A DNA stretch of 64,000 bases from Armatimonadota bacterium (GCA_039679675.1 JBDKUN010000055.1:1-64000), one strand, 5' to 3'; counted from the first letter of the stretch, positions 1 through 9,736 are shown. Program-made: numbers and translations. The notes: generated by a model from the sequence alone, not told the origin.

Positions 1-127
1 TCAAACGCGCTGCTTCTCTTGCGGTCTCGAAGATCGGGAACAGTATCGCCGCCAAGACCGCGATGATGGCTATTACAACCAATAACTCGATCAGTGTAAA
101 GCCATTCTTCTTACTTGAAAGTGCCAT
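1..127 (-). CDS. Prepilin-type N-terminal cleavage/methylation domain protein (DUF1559-like), 5' part only; runs off the window
   Basis: Manual translation of the minus strand from ATG at 127: [42 protein letters not shown]. This is a class III signal peptide, with an AAGGAG RBS upstream. Not in the ORF track. Confidence 0.9.
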   Translation of the reverse strand, partial: MALSSKKNGFTLIELLVVIAIIAVLAAILFPIFETAREAARL

Positions 128-167
128 TAGAGTCACCTTCTCCTTTGGATCCATTTACTCTAATTGA

Positions 168-196
168 TTTATACCACCGCACAGGTAGCTTGTCAA
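168..196 (-). promoter_or_regulatory. Sigma70-type promoter for the prepilin-type gene
   Basis: TTGACA-N17-TATAAA on the minus strand, with TGG immediately before the -10. Confidence 0.65.
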
Positions 197-312
197 CCCC
201 GGATTGTAAAATTAACACATGGATATGTAATAAAAGAAACTGGGCTCTCTGACAATAAATCGGAAGCCGATGTATAAGTGTCAGAAAACCCCGAAATCGC
301 TAGTTATAACGG

Positions 313-3300
313 TTAAGGATTACTCATTGCCGTTATGTTATTACTGTCCTTCAGTAAAATCAAAGGACTAAGGTTTTCATTATCTAATCTGTAGCAACTG
401 CAGGCTCCTGTAGCCTTGACCATTGCTCCTTTTACTACATCAGATGGCAGTGTGATGCTGCCATAATATACTGCCACAGTGGCAGAGCCATCATTTATGT
501 AGAGTTTCTTATTAGTAGTATCAATATCCGCTACTGTCCCACATACTGTCACTAATAACCCTATGTTGTTCAGGCCGAAGCTGCCTTTTACACCCTTTTG
601 GCCTGTCTTGGCTGCTGAATCATAGCTGTAGTCTCCTCCACCGATGTATTTGCAGGTAATCATCAGCGGTTTTGGAGTCTCCTGGCCTGTAACAGAAGGA
701 GTCTCATAGCTTAAGAGACACCTTTCTCCGTCTGTGGTAGTCCCAAGGACACCATTAACCGAGATTATCTGATTTACCTGCGGCAGAGTTCCCTTTAGCT
801 GGTTCACTCTTATGCCGTAGGTCCTGTTTATGTCCTGGACATAGTAAAAGTCGCTGTAGACCGAAGATACTACCATATTAGCCGCCAATACATATGCTGT
901 ATCTTTGGTATTCTTGGCATTTATGCCTGTGACATCAAATACTGAGTATTCATCAGCACCAATGTCTACATGAGTTCCTATAATACGTGCCTCACCGTCC
1001 ATATCTTTCCAAGTGCTTTGTACTGCTGTGTCATCTCCAGCATTTATGCAGGGAGATGCTGATGTGAGATGGTAGTCTCCATTGTCTTTATCTCTGAACA
1101 GGGGATCCACCGATATGTCCGTAGTTCCGGCAGTGAGGCCAGAGTAGGCGGTAGTGTTACCGTAGACACAGTTCTTCTTTAGCGTTGGACTTCCACCTCC
1201 ACTGTATACGTGGATGCCGGTGCTGTTGAAGGTAATTATGTTGTTGGATACTGTGGGACTCGATAAATTACATTCAATGCCATAGTTGTTTCCACTTATG
1301 GTATTGTTGGTTATTGTGGGACTTGATGTTTGGCAGACGATACCATAGGTGCTTTTACTTATAGCATTGTTGATTATTGTGGGGCTTGAGGATGAACAAA
1401 ATATGTTCAATTTGTTGTCACGTATGGTATTACCGGTTATTGTCGGGTTTGCTGATACTACACAGGATACACCATCGTGATTCCCACTGATGGTATTGTT
1501 AGCTATTATGGGCGTTGACGATGAATTGCAGTATATGCCGATACAATTACTTCCACCCCTAATGATAAACCCATCAATGCGAGCAATAGTTAAGAATCCC
1601 GTTGCAATGACAACTGTGCCATTGTTGGAGCCGTCAATTATGCTCTTGTTGGCGTTGAAGTCTCGTTCAGTCCGCTGGCTTTCCGTCCCTGTAAACCCGC
1701 CGTAGATGTCACAATTGGCTTTAAGCATTATGTGCTCATAGTAGGTTCCGGCTGCTACCCATACTTCACCACCCTCATTAGCGAATACTGCGTCAATTCC
1801 GGCTTGGATGGTCTTCTTTGCCAGTGACCAGCTAGAGCCGTCGCTCGAGTCATTTCCATTGGGGCTGATACGTACCACTATGGGAGAATTAACATGCCAC
1901 TGTGTCCCGTCCGATTCATCTGCCCCGATATCTACACCGGATCCCTGTATTCTTGTCTGTCCATCCAAGTCTACCCAGGCTGAGTCAACTACAGAGTTGT
2001 CACCTGCATCTACACATGGAGAATTGGACTGGATGTGGAGCTTGCCATACAATGGATTCTCGATCAAAGGATCCACTGATATGTCTGTAGCGCCTGCGGT
2101 GAGATTTGAGTAGTTGGTAGTGTTGCCATAAACACAGTTGTTTTTGAGGACCGGATTTCCGTCATACCTATAGACACCAGTGGTATTGAACGCAATTATG
2201 TTGTTAGTTACTGCAGGGCTTGATGATGTGTAATTATAGATACCGGAACCATTAAAAATGATAGTGTTGTTAGCTATTGCGGGTTTTGATGATTTCGCGC
2301 AGAAAATGCCATAATAGGCACTCTCACTGATTATGTTATTGGCTATTACGGGGTTTGACGAATTACAGCTGATGCCGCTGGAAAGATGCCCGCTGATTAT
2401 ATTGTTGGTTATTACCGGGTTTGATGACACGCAGCAGATGCCGGAGCTATTTCCGGTAATGGTGCTATTTGTAATAGTAGGTATCGATGAATTTATACAG
2501 TAGATACCATAATAATAGACAGTTCCGCTACTTCCACTGTTTCTAATGGTAAATCCGTCGATACATGCGTTAGTTGCAAATCCGCTGGCACTTACGACAT
2601 GGCCATTGCCGGAACCGTCTATTATGCTCTTGTTGGTGTTGAAGTTCCGTTCCTGCCTCTGGTTTTCTGTTCCGTCAAATCCTCCGTAGACATCAATATC
2701 AGTTTTTATGGTGATGTGCTCGTTGTAGGTTCCGGCTGCTACCCATACTTCACCACCGCTTTCATTAGCGAATACTGCGTCAATTCCGGCTTGTAAAGTC
2801 TTCTTAGCCAGTGTCCAGCTAGAGCCGTCACTTGAGTCATTTCCATTGGGTCTGACACGTACTATTATAGGAGGGTTGACTGGCCACTGTGTCCCGTCCG
2901 ATTCATCTGCTCCAATATCTACACCAGATCCCTGCATTCTTGCCTGTCCATCCATGTCTATCCAGGATGAATCAACTACAGAGCCGTCACCGGCATCTAT
3001 ACATGGTGAACCGGATTGGATGTGGAACTTGCCATATCGCCAGTTTTCAAGAAGGGGGTCTTGCGATATGTCCGTAGCACCGGCAGTAACACCTGAATAG
3101 TTGTTAGTATTGCCATAGACGCAGTTTTTTGTAAGCGTCGGGCTTATGCCGGCAACACTGGTGCTGTTGTCGACTCCGGTGGCATTGAAAGCGATTATAT
3201 TGTTGGTTATTACGGGAGTGGGGTTTGATATTGAATAGCAGTAAATACCACAGCTATTCCCGCTGATTGTATTGTTGGTTATTGATGGGAATGAGTACAT

Positions 3301-5136
3301 GCAAATGATGCCCTCATTGGTATTTCCTGTTATCACATTGTTTGATATAACAGCAGAATAAGTGAAGGGTGCACCAGTAATACTAATACCGTGGCTATTC
3401 TCATTGATGGTATTGTTGATTATTGTTGGAGTTGATGATGACACACTGTAAATGGCATATTCATTTCCATTTAGCACGTTATTTGTTATGGTAGCCCCTG
3501 AATATGACGTCATACAGTAGATGCCATATTTATTCCCGCTAATAGTGTTATTGGTTATTGTGAATATGGAGCTTGTTGAGGATTTGGTTGATGGTAAATA
3601 ATGAGATATGCCATAACCGCTGCTTCCGGTGTTTCTAATAGTAAACCCATCAATACATACATCGGTTATGAGTTCGTTTGCACTAACAACACTGCCACTG
3701 CCGGACCCGTTGAGTATGCTCTTGTTAACGTTGAAATCCCGTTCCTGCCTCTGATTTTCCGTTCCGGCAAATCCTCCGTAGAGATTGCAGTTGTTTCTCA
3801 TGTCGATGTGTTCAGAGTAGGTTCCGGCTGCTACCCATATTTCACCACCACCATCCAACGATGCAGCTTCTATACCAGCCTGTATAGTCTTCTTTGCAAG
3901 TGACCAGCTGGAGCCGTCGTTCGAGTCACTTCCATTGGGGCTGACATGGGCTATCATAGGAGGGTTGACCGGCCACTGTGTTCCGTCCGATTCATCAGCT
4001 CCAATATCTACACCAGATCCCTGCACTCTTGCCTGTCCATCCATGTCTACCCAGGATGAACCGACTACGGAGCTGTCACCAGCATCTATACATGGTGAAC
4101 CAGGCTGGATGTGAAGCTTGTTATACCTCCAATTTACAAGCAGAGGATCCAGTGATATGTCTGTGGCACCGGCATCAATGCGGTAATAGTTAGTAGCGTT
4201 GCCATAAACACAGTTGCTCTTTAAAGTTGGGCTTCCGCTGGTATCAGTGGCAATGCCACTGATATTGTTGAAGGCAATTATGCTGTTTGCTATTGCAGGA
4301 CTTGATGATGAATAACAATAGATACCATAATTGTTTCCATTGATAGTATTGTTTACTATTGCAGGACTTGATGATAAGCAGTAAATCGCTGTCGCGCTAT
4401 TTATGCTGATGGTGTTGTTGGCTATTGCGGGATTTGATGAATCGCAGTATATGCCACTATTGTAATTCTCATTTATTACATTGTTAGTCACGATGGGATT
4501 CGATGATGTCTTGCAATAAATACCATAGCTATTCCGGCACAAGGTGTTTTTCGTTATTGTAGGATTCGATGATATACAGTAGATGCCGTAATAGCCATTT
4601 TTACAAATAGTGTTGTTGGTTATAGCGGGGTTTGATGATGAATTGCAGTAAATACCATAGTAATCTTCGCATATGGTGTTGTTTGTTATCGCGGGACTTG
4701 ATGAATAGCAATAGATGCCGGAATTGTAGTCCCCGCTCTTCCTAATAGTAAAGCCATCAATACAAACAGTAGTTGATAGCCCATTTGCGTTGACAACATG
4801 GCCTTTGCCGGAACCATCAAGCATACTCTTGTTGACATTGAAATCCCGTTCCTGTCTCTGACTTTCTGTTCCAGCAAAGCCGCCGTAGAGATAACAGTCA
4901 GCTTTCAAGGTGATGCGTTCGCTGTAGGTTCCGGCTGCGACCCATATCTCTCCGCCGCCGCTGGTGGAGGCTGCATTTATGCCAGCCTGCACAGTCTTTT
5001 TTGCCAGTGCCCAGCTAGAGCCGTTATTAGAGTCATTTCCACCCGTACTAACTCTAATTATGGTCTGTCCGAAGCAACTGGAACAAAGAACTACTAGAAA
5101 AACGAACGAATAAAGCAATACCCTACGTCTTTTCAT
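313..5136 (-). CDS. Giant secreted right-handed parallel beta-helix repeat protein, paralog A (4 modules of DUF1565-like cap + beta-helix + choice-of-anchor-Q-like tail, then a terminal OB-like domain)
   Basis: 1607 aa with a signal peptide. Four copies of [VSxxGNDxNxGSSWxLAKKT..EIWVAAGTY..YGGFAGTE..(GIYCxSSxPxIxNNxI)n..HIQxGSPCIDAGD..DMDGQARxQG..VDIGADE]. GAGGAGG RBS. Confidence 0.9.
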   Translation of the reverse strand: MKRRRVLLYSFVFLVVLCSSCFGQTIIRVSTGGNDSNNGSSWALAKKTVQAGINAASTSGGGEIWVAAGTYSERITLKADCYLYGGFAGTESQRQERDFNVNKSMLDGSGKGHVVNANGLSTTVCIDGFTIRKSGDYNSGIYCYSSSPAITNNTICEDYYGIYCNSSSNPAITNNTICKNGYYGIYCISSNPTITKNTLCRNSYGIYCKTSSNPIVTNNVINENYNSGIYCDSSNPAIANNTISINSATAIYCLSSSPAIVNNTINGNNYGIYCYSSSSPAIANSIIAFNNISGIATDTSGSPTLKSNCVYGNATNYYRIDAGATDISLDPLLVNWRYNKLHIQPGSPCIDAGDSSVVGSSWVDMDGQARVQGSGVDIGADESDGTQWPVNPPMIAHVSPNGSDSNDGSSWSLAKKTIQAGIEAASLDGGGEIWVAAGTYSEHIDMRNNCNLYGGFAGTENQRQERDFNVNKSILNGSGSGSVVSANELITDVCIDGFTIRNTGSSGYGISHYLPSTKSSTSSIFTITNNTISGNKYGIYCMTSYSGATITNNVLNGNEYAIYSVSSSTPTIINNTINENSHGISITGAPFTYSAVISNNVITGNTNEGIICMYSFPSITNNTISGNSCGIYCYSISNPTPVITNNIIAFNATGVDNSTSVAGISPTLTKNCVYGNTNNYSGVTAGATDISQDPLLENWRYGKFHIQSGSPCIDAGDGSVVDSSWIDMDGQARMQGSGVDIGADESDGTQWPVNPPIIVRVRPNGNDSSDGSSWTLAKKTLQAGIDAVFANESGGEVWVAAGTYNEHITIKTDIDVYGGFDGTENQRQERNFNTNKSIIDGSGNGHVVSASGFATNACIDGFTIRNSGSSGTVYYYGIYCINSSIPTITNSTITGNSSGICCVSSNPVITNNIISGHLSSGISCNSSNPVIANNIISESAYYGIFCAKSSKPAIANNTIIFNGSGIYNYTSSSPAVTNNIIAFNTTGVYRYDGNPVLKNNCVYGNTTNYSNLTAGATDISVDPLIENPLYGKLHIQSNSPCVDAGDNSVVDSAWVDLDGQTRIQGSGVDIGADESDGTQWHVNSPIVVRISPNGNDSSDGSSWSLAKKTIQAGIDAVFANEGGEVWVAAGTYYEHIMLKANCDIYGGFTGTESQRTERDFNANKSIIDGSNNGTVVIATGFLTIARIDGFIIRGGSNCIGIYCNSSSTPIIANNTISGNHDGVSCVVSANPTITGNTIRDNKLNIFCSSSSPTIINNAISKSTYGIVCQTSSPTITNNTISGNNYGIECNLSSPTVSNNIITFNSTGIHVYSGGGSPTLKKNCVYGNTTAYSGLTAGTTDISVDPLFRDKDNGDYHLTSASPCINAGDDTAVQSTWKDMDGEARIIGTHVDIGADEYSVFDVTGINAKNTKDTAYVLAANMVVSSVYSDFYYVQDINRTYGIRVNQLKGTLPQVNQIISVNGVLGTTTDGERCLLSYETPSVTGQETPKPLMITCKYIGGGDYSYDSAAKTGQKGVKGSFGLNNIGLLVTVCGTVADIDTTNKKLYINDGSATVAVYYGSITLPSDVVKGAMVKATGACSCYRLDNENLSPLILLKDSNNITAMSNP

Positions 5137-5283
5137 CGATAATCCTCCTCATTTGTATAGATATAGACATCAGGGACGAAGTATCACGGCTTAGTGCCGG
5201 AAGGCGTTGCTGTGAAAGAAAAAACAGTATTAATTTAGCCTGTATGGCTGATATGTTGTGCTTGCTTTAGCTTAAGGTTAGGG

Positions 5284-5554
5284 ACTGTTGCTGTCCTTCA
5301 GGAGGATCAAAGGACACGGTTATCATCGTCTGATTTGTAGCAACTGCAGGCTCCTGTGGCCTTGACCAGTGCTCCCTTTACTAACGTAATAGGGCCATAA
5401 TATACTTCTATGGTAGCAGAACTATATTAATGTATAATTGCTTGTTAGACATATCTATGCCTGCTAATGTTCCACACACTGTAATAAATAAACCCATAAT
5501 GTTCAGAACAAAGCTGCTATTTGCTTTTTTTAGCCTGTTTGCTGCACTGAGTAG
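5284..5554 (-). pseudogene. Decayed 3' fragment of a fourth beta-helix paralog (terminal domain only)
   Basis: The sequence aligns by eye, with indels, to the last ~280 nt of the paralogs (e.g. tgtagcaactgcaggctcctgt; ctgtccttcaggaggatcaaagg; gccataatatac). No intact ORF. Confidence 0.8.
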
Positions 5555-5720
5555 AAATTATGTGATGTAGGACACAGTTATGCTTTACCTGAAGAGTTTC
5601 GAGTAATGATGTAACCAGTCACTGATAATGCTGTATCTGTTGGTTTTACGCTCAAACCTAAAACTCCGTAGATGCCGGAAAAGGGGAATTTGAGCTCAAA
5701 GGTCACAAGTGAGGTGCTTT

Positions 5721-5795
5721 TGGTGGGCCCACCCGGATTCGAACCAGGGACCAACCGGTTATGAGCCGGCCGCTCTACCGCTGAGCTATGGGCCC
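5721..5795 (-). tRNA. tRNA with CAT anticodon, most likely tRNA-Ile2 (lysidine); elongator Met not excluded
   Basis: GGGCCCATAGCTCAGCGGTAGAGCGGCCGGCT-CAT-AACCGGTTGGTCCCTGGTTCGAATCCGGGTGGGCCCACCA; cloverleaf with encoded CCA. Confidence 0.93.
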
Positions 5796-5838
5796 TCCTT
5801 ACGTGTAAAATATACCATATTAGCGCTTTCTTCGCAAG

Positions 5839-6855
5839 CTACCTGGTGAAAAAAGTCATTGCAGTTGTAATAACTATCAGGATTGCCATGACTATTCCGA
5901 AGGATATATATTCCTGCCTGCTCAGTTTGAAGTGCTTCAGGTTTCCCAGAATCACCGCAGTGCCTATCAACGTAAGCGCCGGGAGCCCCGGAAACAGGAA
6001 TCCCAGAAGCGGAATGCTACCGCTCAATATGACAGCAGTCATTCCGAGTGTGAGCAGCGGAACCGCGATCCAGAATGTGCGTTTCGGTTCCATTCTCAGC
6101 TTATAGAGCGCAGACATAAACATCGCAAAGAAAATAACATCGGCGGGGCCTATAAACGATATGGGGGCGTAACTTCCGCCTGGAGCAGGCAGCGCGACAG
6201 ACACCGCTTCGACGACTTTTGGCGCATTTGCCACGGCTTTAGCTGTCGGGCCTGTCAAAACCGTCCAGACATCGATCATTGCGGAAAACACTGCCACCGG
6301 CAGGATGATATTCGGATGTTTAAGGATAAGGGATACCAGCGTCCCAAACGCCGATGCCCCGATGACGATCAGAAGCCCCGTTGCGGCCCGCGATTTTCCC
6401 GCAAAATAGCCGAATGCCGTCAATTTAAACCCCAGGTTAGCAGGTTTTCGTAATGCAGTTATCTTTTTGACCTCATGCTTCGGGTTTCCGCCCTTTGCAT
6501 TTGGTGAGGGATTCAAGGTCAGCTCTATAGTAGGTGCAGGCTTGATACCTGGCTTCATCTTTATGGGCGGAAGCGGGCCATCTTTCGTCTCATAGCGCAC
6601 ATACGGTGCGCTCACAAAGAGCATGATCGCAATGGTTGCCGAGAATGCAGCCAGCATTACGGCTGCAGCCGAGACAGGTTTCAGCCTGAGGCTTGTAAAC
6701 CACCTGGTGATTGAAAGCTGTGTGAGCATAAAGACCGCGACGAAGAAAAGTATCATCACCGGGTGTCCAAATATCCCCAAGTGAGGCACAGCGAGCCAGA
6801 TTGCTATGTATCCGGCACAGCTGAGTGCCAGATAGGCAAGTCTTTTGTCTTTCAC
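5839..6855 (-). CDS. Polytopic membrane protein resembling presenilin/signal-peptide-peptidase (A22) aspartyl proteases
   Basis: 338 aa, multiple TM segments, with ordered motifs MIDVWTV, IGPADVIF and LPAL. Confidence 0.6.
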   Translation of the reverse strand: MKDKRLAYLALSCAGYIAIWLAVPHLGIFGHPVMILFFVAVFMLTQLSITRWFTSLRLKPVSAAAVMLAAFSATIAIMLFVSAPYVRYETKDGPLPPIKMKPGIKPAPTIELTLNPSPNAKGGNPKHEVKKITALRKPANLGFKLTAFGYFAGKSRAATGLLIVIGASAFGTLVSLILKHPNIILPVAVFSAMIDVWTVLTGPTAKAVANAPKVVEAVSVALPAPGGSYAPISFIGPADVIFFAMFMSALYKLRMEPKRTFWIAVPLLTLGMTAVILSGSIPLLGFLFPGLPALTLIGTAVILGNLKHFKLSRQEYISFGIVMAILIVITTAMTFFTR

Positions 6856-6889
6856 AGTTCACCCCGGTCGATATTAGCTTAAATCCTCT

Positions 6890-6918
6890 TTGACAAAGAT
6901 TATACCACCTTGTAAAAT
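6890..6918 (+). promoter_or_regulatory. Sigma70-type promoter
   Basis: TTGACA-N17-TAAAAT. Confidence 0.65.
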
Positions 6919-6928
6919 AAAGCTGAAG

Positions 6929-6971
6929 ACGGGGCGGTCGTTTAATGAACGGCCGCCCGTATGTGTTTTTT
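6929..6971 (+). terminator. GC-rich hairpin followed by a T-run (terminator-like)
   Basis: ACGGGGCGGTCGTT-TAATG-AACGGCCGCCCGT then ATGTGTTTTTT. Confidence 0.5.
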
Positions 6972-7046
6972 AAGAGCTGTTGTAGCAGACAAGTGTAAAT
7001 ATCGCTGTGATGCAGCTTGGTATAATCCCATTGCCGGAGGACGTGC

Positions 7047-7622
7047 ATGTCGCAGTTTCGGATAATAATTGCTGATGATGAGTCGTTGATAAGGCTCGAC
7101 CTTAAAAGGATGCTTGAGGATATGGGCCATTCAGTGATAGGTGAGGCAGCGGACGGACAGAAAGCTCTCGAACTGGCTCGCTCGCTTAAACCGGATGTCG
7201 CCATTCTGGACATAAAAATGCCGGTTATGGATGGTTTGGACGCCGCGAAAGTGATCGATGAGGAAAAGATCGCTCCGGTTGTGCTGCTCACTGCTTACAA
7301 TCAGCAGAACCTGATCAACCGGGCGAAAGAAGCGGGAGTTTTCGCTTACCTGGTCAAGCCGTTCAAGGAGTCCGATCTTGCGCCAGCGATTGAGGTAGCA
7401 ATATCCCGCTACAACAAGATGCAGCTGCTCGAGTCCCAGGTGGGATCACTTAAGGAAAAACTCGAGACCCGCAAAATAATCGACCGGGCAAAGGGGATTC
7501 TGATAGACAAATACAAGATGACCGAAAATGATGCGTTCCGCAGGATTCAGCAGCAGAGCATGAACACGCGGAGGAGCATGAGAGAGATCGCCGAAGCCGT
7601 TATCATTGCACAGGAATTATGA
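7047..7622 (+). CDS. Response regulator with ANTAR RNA-binding output (PdtaR/EutV-like)
   Basis: REC domain (IADDE, ILDIKMP, LVKPF) plus ANTAR (RKIIDRAKGIL..EnDAFRRIQQQSMNTRRSMREIA). Confidence 0.93.
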   Translation: MSQFRIIIADDESLIRLDLKRMLEDMGHSVIGEAADGQKALELARSLKPDVAILDIKMPVMDGLDAAKVIDEEKIAPVVLLTAYNQQNLINRAKEAGVFAYLVKPFKESDLAPAIEVAISRYNKMQLLESQVGSLKEKLETRKIIDRAKGILIDKYKMTENDAFRRIQQQSMNTRRSMREIAEAVIIAQEL

Positions 7623-9295
7623 GCAGTAAAGACCCCCGAAAAGATGCTGAAAGTGAGCTGACCGCTCGGATAAACGAACTAGAGGCTCGGCTTCGCGACA
7701 AAGAGCTTGAGGCCGACGCACTTCGCCAGGTGGGACAGGCAATGGGTATCCTGTTCGACATCAAAGAGATGCTGAAACGGGTATGCCATGTCATAGTCCA
7801 GGTGACCGGCACCGATCTCTGCATGATATATTTGCTCAATAAGGCAAGGTCGGAACTCGTGCTTAGGGCGGCGAGCGGTCCGGCATCAGGCGCAATCGGA
7901 AAGATCAGTGTGAAGGTCGGGGAAGGCGTCACCGGCTGGGTCGCTAAAGAACGAAAACCCGTAGTACTCGACCGCGAGGCATGGCGCGACGCCAGGTTCA
8001 AACCTATCCCCGAATTCCAGCCTGACTCCTACCAGTCCATGCTGTCTGTCCCGCTTATGGGAGCCGGTAACCTCGTAGGTGTAATAACTGTCAGTACCGA
8101 CCCTCCGCATGAGTATACTCCCACCCAGATCGGGCTTCTGATGAGTATTGCCGATCAGGTAGGCGGGGCAATCGAGAACTTTTCGCAGTATCAGAAGATG
8201 AAAAGGCGTGCCTCGCACCTGACTACCCTTTCCGAAATAAGCCGCAGCATTACTTCAGATATGTATCTGGAAGAAGTCCTTCATCTGATCGTGGCTATGA
8301 CCGCGGAGGCGTTGAACCTGAAGATCTGCTCTGTCGTACTGCTTGATGAGGAAAGACAGGAACTGGTCATCAAAGCTACCCAGGCAAGCAGCAGGGCTTA
8401 CCGGACGCGGGCGAATGTGAAACTGGGAGAGAGTCCGACCGGTGAAGCAGTGGCTGAAGGCAGGCCAGTCATAATCTCGGATGTCCGTAAGGACAAAACT
8501 TATCCTCAGCGCGAGTTTGCGGAGAAGGAAGGGCTTTGTTCTCTCATCGCCATCCCGCTCAAAGTAAAAGGTAAGGCAATCGGAGCACTCAACTGTTACA
8601 CAGCCAAACCACATGTCTTTACAGATGAGGAAATAACGCTCTTGACTGCGCTTGCAAGCCATGCGGCTATGGCTATACAAAACTCCAAGCTGATGGTGCG
8701 TTCTGCGATCATCCAGGAGATGCACCACAGAGTAAAGAACAGCCTTCAGACTATTGCGAGCCTCCTTCGGCTCCAGCTCAGATACGGCAATTTCGAGTCC
8801 GTGGAGCAGGTGCTGAAAGAGATCATCAACAGAATTCTTGCCATCGCATCCGTGCATGAGCTGCTGTCCGGCGACAACCTCGATAATGTGAGCATCAGGC
8901 GTATGGCCGAAGCGATACTTTCAGCCGCAGCTACGAGCATGTTGACGCCTGACAGGAAGATTGACATAAGGATCGAAGGAGAGGATATAACTCTTTCGGC
9001 TAAAAAGGCCACTCCTGTTGCGCTGATCCTGAACGAATTGCTGCAAAACGCGATAGATCATGGGTTTAAGGACAATAAAGTAGGAAAAATCATCCTGAAT
9101 ACCGCTGTTGGTGAGTTTGACATTAAAATATCCGTCAAGAATGACGGTGAGCCGCTCCCGGAAGGGTTTGACCTTCGCGCCAACCAGGGGATGGGGCTTC
9201 AGATAGTGGAAACCCTTGTTCATAACGACCTGGCAGGTAAACTCAAGCTCACGAGCGGCGAATTTACAGAGGCACTTGTAACATTTCCCAAGTAG
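7619..9295 (+). CDS. Cytoplasmic GAF-GAF sensor histidine kinase (HisKA_2, PdtaS/EutW-like)
   Basis: Two GAF domains, EMHHRVKNSLQ H-box, NELLQNAIDHG N-box, GMGLQIV G-box. Overlaps the response regulator stop (ATGA). Confidence 0.92.
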   Translation: MSSKDPRKDAESELTARINELEARLRDKELEADALRQVGQAMGILFDIKEMLKRVCHVIVQVTGTDLCMIYLLNKARSELVLRAASGPASGAIGKISVKVGEGVTGWVAKERKPVVLDREAWRDARFKPIPEFQPDSYQSMLSVPLMGAGNLVGVITVSTDPPHEYTPTQIGLLMSIADQVGGAIENFSQYQKMKRRASHLTTLSEISRSITSDMYLEEVLHLIVAMTAEALNLKICSVVLLDEERQELVIKATQASSRAYRTRANVKLGESPTGEAVAEGRPVIISDVRKDKTYPQREFAEKEGLCSLIAIPLKVKGKAIGALNCYTAKPHVFTDEEITLLTALASHAAMAIQNSKLMVRSAIIQEMHHRVKNSLQTIASLLRLQLRYGNFESVEQVLKEIINRILAIASVHELLSGDNLDNVSIRRMAEAILSAAATSMLTPDRKIDIRIEGEDITLSAKKATPVALILNELLQNAIDHGFKDNKVGKIILNTAVGEFDIKISVKNDGEPLPEGFDLRANQGMGLQIVETLVHNDLAGKLKLTSGEFTEALVTFPK

Positions 9296-9303
9296 AGGCG
9301 GAG

Positions 9304-9552
9304 ATGCACGATACCTACGAACGCAGGATAGAGCGGAAATTCTGCTATTTTATCAAAGATTATGTGGATGCAGCCCTTGTCATCCACAAATGGATGCTTA
9401 TCGACAATACCTGGCAGGAAGAGGAAGTCTCATTCGAGTGCCGGATGGCCCGCAAATGCCGCAGGGCCGAACACAACTGCCAGGCAATCCACCCGGAATC
9501 CGGCAAAGACCCATTTGTCCCACCCCGCAACCTCCTGGCCGACATGTGGTGA
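9304..9552 (+). CDS. Small hypothetical protein with four Cys
   Basis: 82 aa, GAGGCGGAG RBS, 8 nt after the kinase stop. Confidence 0.65.
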   Translation: MHDTYERRIERKFCYFIKDYVDAALVIHKWMLIDNTWQEEEVSFECRMARKCRRAEHNCQAIHPESGKDPFVPPRNLLADMW

Positions 9553-9637
9553 GGAAGCTATCAGCTTTTGAACCGCGGAGACGCGGAATAAAGAGAAACG
9601 CGGAAGGTGGAGGTTTACAGCATCTCCCACTTGTATG

Positions 9638-9736
9638 CTTCGGGACCGCAGTTCGTCCAACCCCGCGGACCTACCGGACCACGGGGAGAAGCACGACATT
9701 CGCCAATTTTCCTCTGCTGCGGGAATTAATTCTGTA
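9638..9736. repeat. Structured direct repeat, copy R1
   Basis: cttcgggaccgcagttcgtccaaccccgcggacctaccggaccacggggagaagcacgacattcgccaattttc..tgctgcgggaatt; near-identical to 10774-10871. Confidence 0.9.

Noticed and set aside
1490..5097. Recurring antisense ORFs (e.g. ..TGHCVPSDSSAPIST..) opposite the giant genes, also at 30916-33264 and 59610-62099
   Set aside because: They are shadows of the repeated sense-strand module and lack RBS or independent features.
313..5136. CRISPR array or non-coding tandem repeats in the repetitive AT-rich stretches
   Set aside because: The repeats are in-frame coding coils of long ORFs, with no identical repeat/unique spacer pattern and no cas genes.
9638..9736. 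Hammerhead/HDV ribozyme or c-di-GMP-I riboswitch in repeat R1/R2 (minus-strand GGACGAAC, GGCGAAT, CGGTAGGT..GCGGGGTT)
   Set aside because: The CUGAnGA and GAAA cores, the HDV nested pseudoknot and the GEMM P1 GAAA stem cannot be built. Kept as an unknown repeat.
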